A stretch of DNA of 8,580 nucleotides, taken from the IMG/VR virus record IMGVR_UViG_2547132270_000009. The stretch is one strand, 5' to 3'. Position 1 is the stretch's first letter, and each line of letters begins with the position of its first letter. The DNA is from a virus. Taxonomy: Duplodnaviria > Heunggongvirae > Uroviricota > Caudoviricetes. The notes under the pieces were generated by a model, which was given only the letters and a program-made list of their open reading frames with translations, was not told the origin of the DNA and did not search any database. Shown piece by piece: positions 1-6,397 of this stretch. A program made the translations under genes and the position numbers.

Positions 1-153
1 CGCCGTTGTCATGAATGCGCTTATCAGTTCAGGATGTGCTTTCGCGTATCCTTCTCCCGCGTTGCGATCGATGATTTTTATCGCCACTCTCAGCCAGTGT
101 TCTGTCAAATCAAGGGCGTGAGATTGTGGTTTTTTTTCGTGCTTCGTTGTCAC
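1..153 (-). CDS. hypothetical protein, 5' portion only (gene runs off the left edge of the window)
   Basis: Minus-strand frame opens with GTG at 153, preceded by a GAGGT Shine-Dalgarno 7 nt upstream, and stays open to position 1 (about 51 codons: VTTKHEKKPQSHALDLTEHWLRVAIKIIDRNAGEGYAKAHPELISAFMTTA). Composition is protein-like. No family recognised; start codon choice is uncertain. Confidence 0.3.
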   Translation of the reverse strand, partial: MTTKHEKKPQSHALDLTEHWLRVAIKIIDRNAGEGYAKAHPELISAFMTTA

Positions 154-204
154 GGGCTTTACCTCACAGCAATAAAATAAAATTTTTGCATTTTAACCCT
201 TCAC

Positions 205-426
205 CTGTTCACCTTTTGAGATTTTCCCTTTTTATTCATGATGTTAAGGGGTGAACAGTTTCACAAAAACTATTCACCAACTGTTCACCACTGTTCACCC
301 TTAAGCTCAATAAACAATCAAAAAGGTGAACAGTGAATAGTTTGGTGAACAGTTCATAAATAACTGTTCACCCTATAATATACTGATATAAAAGACATTT
401 ATGATAGGGTGAACAGTGGTGAACAG
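205..426. repeat. iteron array, putative origin of replication of the element (nine 9-bp GGTGAACAG/CTGTTCACC repeats around an AT-rich tract)
   Basis: Exact 9-mers seen directly: forward GGTGAACAG at 250-258, 325-333, 344-352, 408-416, 418-426; reverse CTGTTCACC at 205-213, 281-289, 291-299, 364-372; degenerate copies at 273-279 and 334-340. An AT-rich block sits at 373-405. The array lies immediately 3' of the helicase gene. The core TGTTCACC matches, as far as I recall, the P4 type I iteron bound by the alpha protein. Confidence 0.75.
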
Positions 427-439
427 TTATTCCATAAGT

Positions 440-2245
440 TTAATTTTTTCCATCGTCATTTGTGACCGATGCACATGATGGCATCCAGTCTTCTGAATCC
501 TCTGTAAGGGTCACATTTGAACGCAAACCGTGCTTCGTTTTCCGTTTCATATACTCCCTGCCATATTCCGCCATTGCCCCCGGCATATCTTTACCGAAGC
601 GCGTCAGTGTTACAGGTTTACCGAATCCGTGTGCCCTCATATATGCCAGATAGGCGTGATAAAGATACCTGCGCGGACTGAACGGAATAATTTCGGCATT
701 ACCCACTAACAGACCATCACACATTACCGACGACATGAGATAGCCGCAGAAGTCCACCAGCGAATCGCCCTCGCGTTTTATCACCAGTGCTTCTTCTGAT
801 TTCTGCTGCTCATACAGCAGGCGTTTAGCTTCGTCCTGGTCAGAAAAACGAGTAAGCAGGTGGCGAATCACAACCGCCAGCTCTCCTTCTATTTTTTCTG
901 CCAGCATGGGGTCGCGTTCGTTTTCCGGTACAACCTCCGAAAAATTGAATATCACCCGACGACGTGAGATCCCCCCGCTGCGGTCACTGAATGACATGGC
1001 GTTATTGTTCACCGCCAGCACGACCGCCTGAATGCGTGTTGAGTAGGGGGCTTTATGCTTCGGGTCGATTGCCACCTTGTCACCGCCTGTAATGGCCTTA
1101 ATTCCTGCGCCATCACCAGCGTAGCGGGTCATATCCGGCATGATAATCAGCGAAAATCCAACCACTAACGCGCGTTCCCTGGCATCTTCCAGCGCCTTCA
1201 TGCTTGCCGATACCGTGTTGGCCTTACCCGCCAGCATGGTGCAAATCTCCGCCATTACGCTTTTACCGCTTCCACCCGGCCCCGTTACCTCAAGAAATAA
1301 CTGCCAGTCGTATCGGTTCGCCAGCACCATGAATAACGCCGCCAGTACGCGATCCGCTTTACGGTCATTCTCAGCCACCGAACGGCGCAACCATTTCCAG
1401 AAATTCGGCGCATGCGTTGCCAGCGTTTCCCCCTCTGCTGGCGGGCTGAACGGTAATTCACTGGCAATTAACAGCCAGTCGTTTTTGTCATGCTCCCGAA
1501 AATCGCCTGTCCGGGTATCAAAAACACCGTTACTGAATCCAATCAGGTTACGGGCGGTATTCCCCATTACGGGCAAACTTAACTTCATTGTATCGACCGC
1601 CGATTTGATGGCGTTCTGCGAATAACTGATCTCCGCATCAATAAAAATCTGCGCCATAGCCCGCTGTAACTCTTTATCCTGTACCGGCTCCCATACAACG
1701 CCGTTGTAGTGGTGAACGGTGTCAGAGTCCGCATTGATTGCCAGTTCACCGCCATAACGTGCCAGGAGAACTTCGCCGCGCTGGCTTGCTCCCATCTGGT
1801 TAAGCGCCAGTGGTGCGGCGCTGTCTTCTGTTTTTTTCTTAACAGGAAGCTGAATAACCAGACCATCAGAAAGATTCTGGCGCTCACGCTCCAGATATTC
1901 GTGCCAGTTCTCCCGCTTCTGGCTGTGCATTCCCTCAGGGTAATAATTCGCATCCCGTACACCTGCCACCGCCAGCTTTTGCCCGATGGCATTAATATTT
2001 GACGGCTTGATGTGGCCTGCCTTGTACAGCCGGACACAATAGCGACCATCGTCGATAATTTTCAGGCCTGCCAGTTCGTCAAGCTGGCTGTCTCCCAGCC
2101 ATACAGGCGGAACATTGTCGCCAGCAAGTCGCCCGTCCTGCTCCTGCCATTGTTTCGCGTGCGCCCAGGCATCACTACCCGCAAAAATAATGACTTCGGT
2201 CATTTTGTCGTGCGGCTGTTTTTTCAGATTCGGTGCCAGTTTCAT
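440..2245 (-). CDS. replication protein, SF3-family helicase / primase-like (P4 alpha-like or PICI Pri-Rep-like), 601 aa
   Basis: 601-aa ORF with AGGGG Shine-Dalgarno 6 nt before the ATG at 2245. Walker A VTGPGGSGKS, Walker B-like SLIIMPDM, SF3 motif C VVLAVNNN and an arginine finger region SRRRVIFNF are all visible in the translation. Adjacent iteron array fits an initiator and its origin. Confidence 0.85.
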   Translation of the reverse strand: MKLAPNLKKQPHDKMTEVIIFAGSDAWAHAKQWQEQDGRLAGDNVPPVWLGDSQLDELAGLKIIDDGRYCVRLYKAGHIKPSNINAIGQKLAVAGVRDANYYPEGMHSQKRENWHEYLERERQNLSDGLVIQLPVKKKTEDSAAPLALNQMGASQRGEVLLARYGGELAINADSDTVHHYNGVVWEPVQDKELQRAMAQIFIDAEISYSQNAIKSAVDTMKLSLPVMGNTARNLIGFSNGVFDTRTGDFREHDKNDWLLIASELPFSPPAEGETLATHAPNFWKWLRRSVAENDRKADRVLAALFMVLANRYDWQLFLEVTGPGGSGKSVMAEICTMLAGKANTVSASMKALEDARERALVVGFSLIIMPDMTRYAGDGAGIKAITGGDKVAIDPKHKAPYSTRIQAVVLAVNNNAMSFSDRSGGISRRRVIFNFSEVVPENERDPMLAEKIEGELAVVIRHLLTRFSDQDEAKRLLYEQQKSEEALVIKREGDSLVDFCGYLMSSVMCDGLLVGNAEIIPFSPRRYLYHAYLAYMRAHGFGKPVTLTRFGKDMPGAMAEYGREYMKRKTKHGLRSNVTLTEDSEDWMPSCASVTNDDGKN

Positions 2246-2541
2246 TTTTTGCCCCTGAATGCGTTAATCATGCTTTTCATTTTCTGAATATTTGCCCGTG
2301 CCTTTGCGTTGCTGGTGGGCTGTTTGCGTGGTGTGGCCTGTATCAGTGAAAAATCACGCCGGAACTGATAAACAGGCATCACGCAGTCGTAGCCGTACCC
2401 ATCACGGCGGTAAGTAACGCACCGTCCGGCAATACTTTTAATCGTTACCGTGCCACCGTAGTTATCCCGGAAAATATCGCCGGGGCGGATTTCAGGCCGA
2501 GCGGGGCCGCTGGCAGTAAAGCCAGAATTTTTCTTTTTCAT
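2242..2541 (-). CDS. hypothetical small protein (99 aa), translationally coupled to the helicase gene
   Basis: ATG at 2541; its stop overlaps the helicase start as ATGA (2242-2245). Basic C-terminus. Fourth of five small genes in the operon. No family recognised. Confidence 0.55.
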   Translation of the reverse strand: MKKKNSGFTASGPARPEIRPGDIFRDNYGGTVTIKSIAGRCVTYRRDGYGYDCVMPVYQFRRDFSLIQATPRKQPTSNAKARANIQKMKSMINAFRGKK

Positions 2542-2545
2542 GGTT

Positions 2546-2746
2546 TTATTTTCCTGTCAGTGATTCCGGTTTTATTCCGGCGCGAATACAGGCTTCAGAA
2601 AAAAAAGCCAGAGAACCAACAACCTCATCATTTCTCAGTCGGCATTGTGATTTCACTTTCCCTTTATCCAGGTAAACCAGTACGCGTCCGGTGAAATCAT
2701 CTGGCACATTAAGCACTACGGGTACATGCGCTTCATGATTATGCAT
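2546..2746 (-). CDS. hypothetical small protein (66 aa)
   Basis: ATG at 2746 preceded by a GGAGGA Shine-Dalgarno; the start overlaps the upstream gene's stop by 8 nt (ATGCATAA). Ends 4 nt before the next start. Confidence 0.5.
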   Translation of the reverse strand: MHNHEAHVPVVLNVPDDFTGRVLVYLDKGKVKSQCRLRNDEVVGSLAFFSEACIRAGIKPESLTGK

Positions 2747-2972
2747 GGCTTACATCCTCCGTGAATTTTCTTCTGTAACGCGTCTCTGCCACATATTCCG
2801 CATAGTCCGACGCAATACTAAGAATCATTTCACCCTCTGACTTGTAGCCACTGGTATTGATAAGAAAATATGCAGCTTTCATCATGTCAGCAACGCTCAA
2901 CAATGCGCCCGCTGCATCTTCCGGTGCGCCATCAAATTCCCGTTTCAGGGAATTAAAACGATCATCACGCAT
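2739..2972 (-). CDS. hypothetical small protein (77 aa); may be the downstream half of a frameshifted larger gene
   Basis: ATG at 2972 lies 2 nt downstream of a G9 run (coding-strand G, plus-strand C at 2975-2983) that could serve as a Shine-Dalgarno. Acidic, helical-looking protein. Confidence 0.5.
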   Translation of the reverse strand: MRDDRFNSLKREFDGAPEDAAGALLSVADMMKAAYFLINTSGYKSEGEMILSIASDYAEYVAETRYRRKFTEDVSHA

Positions 2973-3205
2973 AACCCCCCCCCATTTTCACAATCAGCAA
3001 TCAGGATAGCCCTGGCCTCATTCAGTGCCATATCAGCGGTAAGCTGTGCGTAAGCCAGCGAATGCGGGATTATCGCCCCTGTATATTCCGTCTCTCTGGT
3101 AATGTGTTTTTCTGCGGTTGCTGCCGTGCATGAAATATCAATCAGCGCGTGCATCAGCGTTTTGATGGCTTCGGCGGCTGCGCCCGGACGGGTGTTATTG
3201 CACAT
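2945..3205 (-). CDS. hypothetical small protein (86 aa as read); reads through the G9 tract and stops shortly after
   Basis: ATG at 3205 with AGGGGGTG Shine-Dalgarno; overlaps the Icd-like stop by 8 nt (ATGTGCAATAA). Ends CENGGGLCVMIVLIP. The first ATG of the raw ORF (3247) is rejected because it overlaps the Icd-like gene. Confidence 0.45.
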   Translation of the reverse strand: MCNNTRPGAAAEAIKTLMHALIDISCTAATAEKHITRETEYTGAIIPHSLAYAQLTADMALNEARAILIADCENGGGLCVMIVLIP

Positions 3206-3395
3206 GATGCACCCCCTGACGAATACGGGCGGCGAATACAGCGACACAACCGGACGGGCAACGGTTACGCGCTTCGCGTTCTGTCCAGGCGGTCACGTGG
3301 ATAATTTGAGAATCTCCGGCACTCAGTGCCAGAAAACGCCACACAAAGGCGGTTTGTGTGTGCGCTAGTCGTGGGGTATGCTGTCTTACAGCCAT
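3195..3395 (-). CDS. Icd-like small protein (P4 kil/icd-type host cell division inhibitor family), 66 aa
   Basis: ATG at 3395 with GAGGTAA Shine-Dalgarno 5 nt upstream. Translation MAVRQHTPRLAHTQTAFVWRFLALSAGDSQIIHVTAWTEREARNRCPSGCVAVFAARIRQGVHHVQ fits the F-W-R-F ... EREAR ... AARI pattern I recall for Icd-like proteins of P4-like elements. First gene of the minus-strand operon. Confidence 0.6.
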   Translation of the reverse strand: MAVRQHTPRLAHTQTAFVWRFLALSAGDSQIIHVTAWTEREARNRCPSGCVAVFAARIRQGVHHVQ

Positions 3396-3496
3396 AATCG
3401 TTACCTCATTTAACGGTTTGGTTAGAAGCCCCGTTACTGCTCCAACAGTGCGGGGCTTCGTCGTTTCAATTGCTGAATTGCATGTATCAGCCCTTG

Positions 3497-3550
3497 TGGT
3501 ATTCAGATTACATTTTGGTGAATACCAGTTCAAGTCTTTTTTGGTATTCA
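3497..3550. promoter_or_regulatory. divergent promoter/operator region: three TGGTATTCA sites and a candidate sigma70 promoter for the minus-strand operon
   Basis: TGGTATTCA at 3497-3505 (direct), 3519-3527 (inverted) and 3542-3550 (direct); the first two form an inverted repeat with a 13-bp spacer. On the minus strand, -35 TTGAAC (plus 3528-3533), 17-bp spacer, -10 TAATCT (plus 3505-3510) overlap these sites. Confidence 0.4.
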
Positions 3551-3594
3551 CTTTTGTATTACACTGCATCCCGTTATTAATCGGAGGTGCAAAC

Positions 3595-3900
3595 ATGTCC
3601 ACGAGTTCTGTTAACAATAAGTCACAGCAACTGAATGCCAGATTTCCACATGAAGTAGTGAGTGGCATTGAGGCATCCCTACAGCCTGGGGAAACTAAAG
3701 CGAATTTTATAGTTACGGCTGTACGCGGTGAAATCGCCCGCCGCCAAGCAGAAGGAAGAGGAGAAAATCCCCTGGTTTCTTCGCTCGATGCACTGGCGCA
3801 GGTGGAAAAAATCGGTGTCAAAGCAGCCGAGGAGATCGGGCAACTCGTCACCGTCGCGCGTGAAGAACTCCAGCGCCGCAAGGCCAAAGAACAGGAGTAG
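3595..3900 (+). CDS. ribbon-helix-helix DNA-binding protein, YlcI/YnfO (DUF3950)-like; candidate regulator of the element
   Basis: ATG at 3595 with GGAGGTG Shine-Dalgarno; 101 aa. N-terminal LNARFPHEVVSGIEASL...KANFIVTAVRGEIARR fits the RFP...NF...RR pattern of YlcI/YnfO-type proteins; charged helical C-terminus. It is the only + strand gene inside the element, divergent from the operon. Confidence 0.7.
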   Translation: MSTSSVNNKSQQLNARFPHEVVSGIEASLQPGETKANFIVTAVRGEIARRQAEGRGENPLVSSLDALAQVEKIGVKAAEEIGQLVTVAREELQRRKAKEQE

Positions 3901-4394
3901 TTGATCAGCACCGGGCGCCCAGAAAAAATCGTATCAGTCGCGCCACCAGCAAAATTTTTTGCTTTCCGGACAGCGTGGCCAACGACATTTTGCAGCAAAA
4001 TATTCTGCATTTCTGGCGTGCTGTAGTAACGGTGATCAGCGCCTTCACATTGAACGAACTTGTCGCTAAAATTCACCCATATAGCAAACATCGCGGTGCT
4101 GTAGGTAATTCGTTCACAAAGGCGCTCCGGCAACGGGGCGCTTTTTGTTTTTATTAGTTTGTAGAAACCTGACTCAGAGATAATGCTCATATTCTGATTG
4201 CCGTCAGGGGTGTAAGTTAAATTTACTCCCTTTTTATCATCAAACATCTGCAACGCTCTGGCGTTAACAATATTGGTTTCACTCCCGCCAGTAAGGCCGG
4301 AAATAACCGGAATAATTTCGGCAAAATTTTGCAGATTCTGTTTTTCAGGACGAACGAAGCCCCGCCCTTGTTCGGGAGAATATCCAGTATTCAT
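3900..4394 (-). CDS. Bro-N-like (antirepressor-type) protein; 3' end unresolved, possibly a pseudogene
   Basis: ATG at 4394. The first 120 or so residues contain Bro-N-like blocks (FDDKKGV...NMSIISESGFYKLIKTKSAPLPERL). The frame has no stop until 3195, running antisense through the RHH gene and into the Icd-like gene, so the real C-terminus cannot be set from sequence; 3900 is an approximate boundary. Both other minus frames hit stops near 3903-3930. Confidence 0.35.
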
Positions 4395-4446
4395 GGTTAG
4401 ATCTCTGTATTAGTGGATGGGTGGCGGCTGTGTGCCGCCAGCCTGA

Positions 4447-4635
4447 TTAGTGAACTGCCTCGCAGCTTTCCTTCCATGCCAGAACTTCGGATAAAGACCA
4501 GCCAACGGAACGACCGCCGAGCTTACGCCGTGATGGGAATTGTCCGGTTTTTTCCAGGCGGTACCGACATGAACGGCTCAGGCCTGTAAGTTGCTGACAT
4601 TCTTTTTCACGTATAAAGCGATCTGTGCTTAACAC
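4447..4635 (-). CDS. alpA: AlpA-family phage regulatory protein (excisionase/activator-like), 62 aa
   Basis: GTG at 4635 preceded by an AGGGGGA Shine-Dalgarno. Translation ...ECQQLTGLSRSCRYRLEKTGQFPSRRKLGGRSVGWSLSEVLAWKE fits the AlpA helix-turn-helix pattern. Upstream in-frame ATGs (up to 4803) lack a ribosome-binding site. Confidence 0.8.
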   Translation of the reverse strand: MLSTDRFIREKECQQLTGLSRSCRYRLEKTGQFPSRRKLGGRSVGWSLSEVLAWKESCEAVH

Positions 4636-4930
4636 AATTCCCCCTTTGATATTTCTTAAAGAGTTATTTGGTGTCCTATTGTGTTGTGGTGCGTCGGATT
4701 GTGTCAGGGTGTTTATGGAATGGCAAACACTGGCGGCGGTCATTTTACAGAAGTGTGGTAATGAGAATAAAAACTCTTTTAATTCATTGTGGTGCAAAGG
4801 CATAAAATTCTGTTTTTACGCCTTTTTTACATGTTTTTAAGAGTGATTCGCCAATGTACAAAAAGCCAGTAAAACGACTGAAAATCAACTTTTTAGGGTG
4901 TCAGTCAGATGTTAATCAAGTTTGTTCCAG

Positions 4931-4980
4931 ATTGTTCGCCGTTGTTCGTCGTGGTGTCTCGTTGTTTCACGTTGTGTCAG
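4931..4980. repeat. five tandem degenerate 10-bp repeats (consensus GTTGTTCGYC) just downstream of the integrase stop
   Basis: Consecutive 10-mers attgttcgcc / gttgttcgtc / gtggtgtctc / gttgtttcac / gttgtgtcag at 4931-4980, one helical turn apart. On the minus strand they read as GAACAA-type motifs. Related GTGTCAG motifs at 4701-4707 and 4897-4903. Confidence 0.5.
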
Positions 4981-5002
4981 TTCTAAAAAATCGCAAAAAA
5001 AA

Positions 5003-6250
5003 TTATATTTCTCTGGCTATTGGCAGTGTGGTTACGTTTTTGTGAGTACCCGCCAGTATCTCTAACCGCTCTGTCCACATGTCCAGCGCATTACGTTTCG
5101 CATCGAGATAACGGGAGTGGTTATAGACTCGCTGCATCCCTGGCATCTGGTGAGCGGTGAGTTGTTCGACAATATGCGGATCCACGCCTAAATCGTTCAG
5201 CATCGTGGTAAACGTGCGCCGTATATCGTGTAGTGACCAGTGCGGATGGTTTAATTTTTTGTGCATGAATCTGCCGTATTGCGACACACTGGCTTCCTGT
5301 TTCAGTTCCCCGAGTAATAGCCCTGTGTGTCTGTTCTGCTCCACCAGCTGCGTGACGAACGGTAAAATGCTTTCCGGTATTGGCCTGAATATGGCGACCT
5401 TCGTTTTGCTGTGCTCTTTCGGTACTGTCCAGAGCATTTCCTTAAAATCCCACTCCCTGATCTCCGATAATCTCAGTTCTCCGGTTCGGCAGCCGAACAC
5501 AATCAGGAGGCGGATTAGTGCGCTGTAGTAGGGCGGGAATATTTTTTTATCCAGCGCCTGTAATAATTCGCCAAGTTCTTTGTTGCTCAGCACGCGTTCG
5601 CTTATGCCTGGTTTTTTGCCAACGTCCACCACGTTAAGATCATCCAGAACGTTACTGACTGCGTAGCGACGTTTACGGCAGAACTTAAGCGCCTGTTTAC
5701 ACGCCTGCATCATGTGACCAGACGTTACAGGGGATTTTTTGCGTATCCGGTCAAAACAGGCCAGCCAGTGACGTAACTCGCATTTATCCAGTGGCATATT
5801 GCCAATATGCTGTATGACGTGATTATTCAGGCGGCTTTTCAGGCATACGTAATCGACACGGTTTTCCTTTACGTGCATTTCCAGCCAGTAGCTGATCGCA
5901 TCACCCACCGTTACCGGCTTTAGTGCTTCCTGTATGGAGTAATTAAGCTCATGGCGTGGATTTTTTCCTTCTGCCAGCCATGCGCGACACTGTGCCGCTT
6001 TTTCCCTGGCTGCTTTCAGGCTCAGATCAGGATAATTTCCCAGCTTCAGGCGTTCCGGTGATACCTGGCGTCCAGCTCCTGCCCTGTAGGTGAAATACCA
6101 GGTTAACAAGCCGCTGGTGGAATGCCTGACGCTCAGGTTTCCACCGTCATTAAGAAATGTGGTTTTTGGGGCTGGTGTGCCGTTGATTTTTCTTAGCTGT
6201 GTATCGCTCAGTTTGTTAAGTGCTCTGCTCATAATTTTGAATCCGGTCAT
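5003..6250 (-). CDS. int: tyrosine-type site-specific integrase, P4-like family
   Basis: About 415 aa. N-terminal arm-binding domain (DGGNLSVRHSTSGLLTWYFTYRAG...LGNYPDLSLKAAREKA) resembles P4-type integrases; C-terminal catalytic motifs HDIRRTF and YNHSRYLDAKR (tyrosine nucleophile). Start is ATG at 6250 or GTG at 6253; no strong Shine-Dalgarno for either. Confidence 0.93.
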   Translation of the reverse strand: MTGFKIMSRALNKLSDTQLRKINGTPAPKTTFLNDGGNLSVRHSTSGLLTWYFTYRAGAGRQVSPERLKLGNYPDLSLKAAREKAAQCRAWLAEGKNPRHELNYSIQEALKPVTVGDAISYWLEMHVKENRVDYVCLKSRLNNHVIQHIGNMPLDKCELRHWLACFDRIRKKSPVTSGHMMQACKQALKFCRKRRYAVSNVLDDLNVVDVGKKPGISERVLSNKELGELLQALDKKIFPPYYSALIRLLIVFGCRTGELRLSEIREWDFKEMLWTVPKEHSKTKVAIFRPIPESILPFVTQLVEQNRHTGLLLGELKQEASVSQYGRFMHKKLNHPHWSLHDIRRTFTTMLNDLGVDPHIVEQLTAHQMPGMQRVYNHSRYLDAKRNALDMWTERLEILAGTHKNVTTLPIAREI

Positions 6251-6254
6251 CACA

Positions 6255-6368
6255 ATTAACTACACCATTAACTACACCGATCATTGCACAAGGGGGTACA
6301 ACGTGGAACAAGTTGGAACAAGAAAATTGCAATGAGCTTAAAAATCAAAAACATAATGAACAACGTGG
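6255..6368. repeat. direct repeats between the integrase start and the junction; candidate arm-type recombinase binding sites
   Basis: ATTAACTACACC twice in tandem (6255-6266, 6267-6278); TGGAACAAG twice at 10-bp spacing (6304-6312, 6314-6322); ACAACGTGG twice (6298-6306, 6360-6368). Confidence 0.45.
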
Positions 6369-6397
6369 CACATTATGAAACAGCAAAAAACACTAAT

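Noticed and set aside
11-142. 44-aa + strand ORF at the left edge
   Set aside because: Short, no ribosome-binding site, and its end is a T8 run; the minus-strand frame with GAGGT plus GTG is more protein-like, though still uncertain.
205-426. Possibility that the short repeat array is a CRISPR array
   Set aside because: Repeats are only 9 bp, occur in both orientations at irregular spacing with no uniform spacers, and sit beside a helicase gene and an AT-rich tract; this is an iteron origin, not CRISPR.
1140-2049. ORFs 1140..1625 (+), 1285..1467 (-), 1585..2049 (-), 1709..2002 (+) and 2012..2287 (+) inside the helicase gene
   Set aside because: They lie antisense or out of frame within a well-supported 601-aa gene carrying clear NTPase motifs; their translations are low-complexity (R/W/C-rich) and have no ribosome-binding sites.
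3102-3368. 88-aa + strand ORF
   Set aside because: Antisense to the Icd-like gene and the 86-aa gene, which are translationally coupled with good ribosome-binding sites; composition is not protein-like.
3358-3900. 180-aa version of the + strand ORF starting at 3358
   Set aside because: The N-terminal extension overlaps the Icd-like gene and the promoter region and looks non-protein-like; the ATG at 3595 has a strong GGAGGTG Shine-Dalgarno and gives a clean 101-aa RHH protein.
3975-4157. 60-aa + strand ORF
   Set aside because: Antisense to the Bro-N-like region, no ribosome-binding site, no recognisable features.
4447-4803. 118-aa extended form of the alpA ORF starting at ATG 4803
   Set aside because: AlpA-family proteins are about 60-70 aa; the upstream in-frame ATGs lack a Shine-Dalgarno, whereas the GTG at 4635 has AGGGGGA just upstream and the extension has no helix-turn-helix character.
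4625-5045. + strand ORFs 4625..4840 (71 aa) and 4854..5045 (63 aa) in the int-alpA intergenic region
   Set aside because: Low-complexity, Cys/Phe-rich translations with no ribosome-binding sites, overlapping repeat-rich presumably regulatory DNA; the second overlaps the integrase 3' end.
5157-5528. 123-aa + strand ORF inside the integrase gene
   Set aside because: Antisense to a high-confidence integrase CDS; composition is not protein-like.
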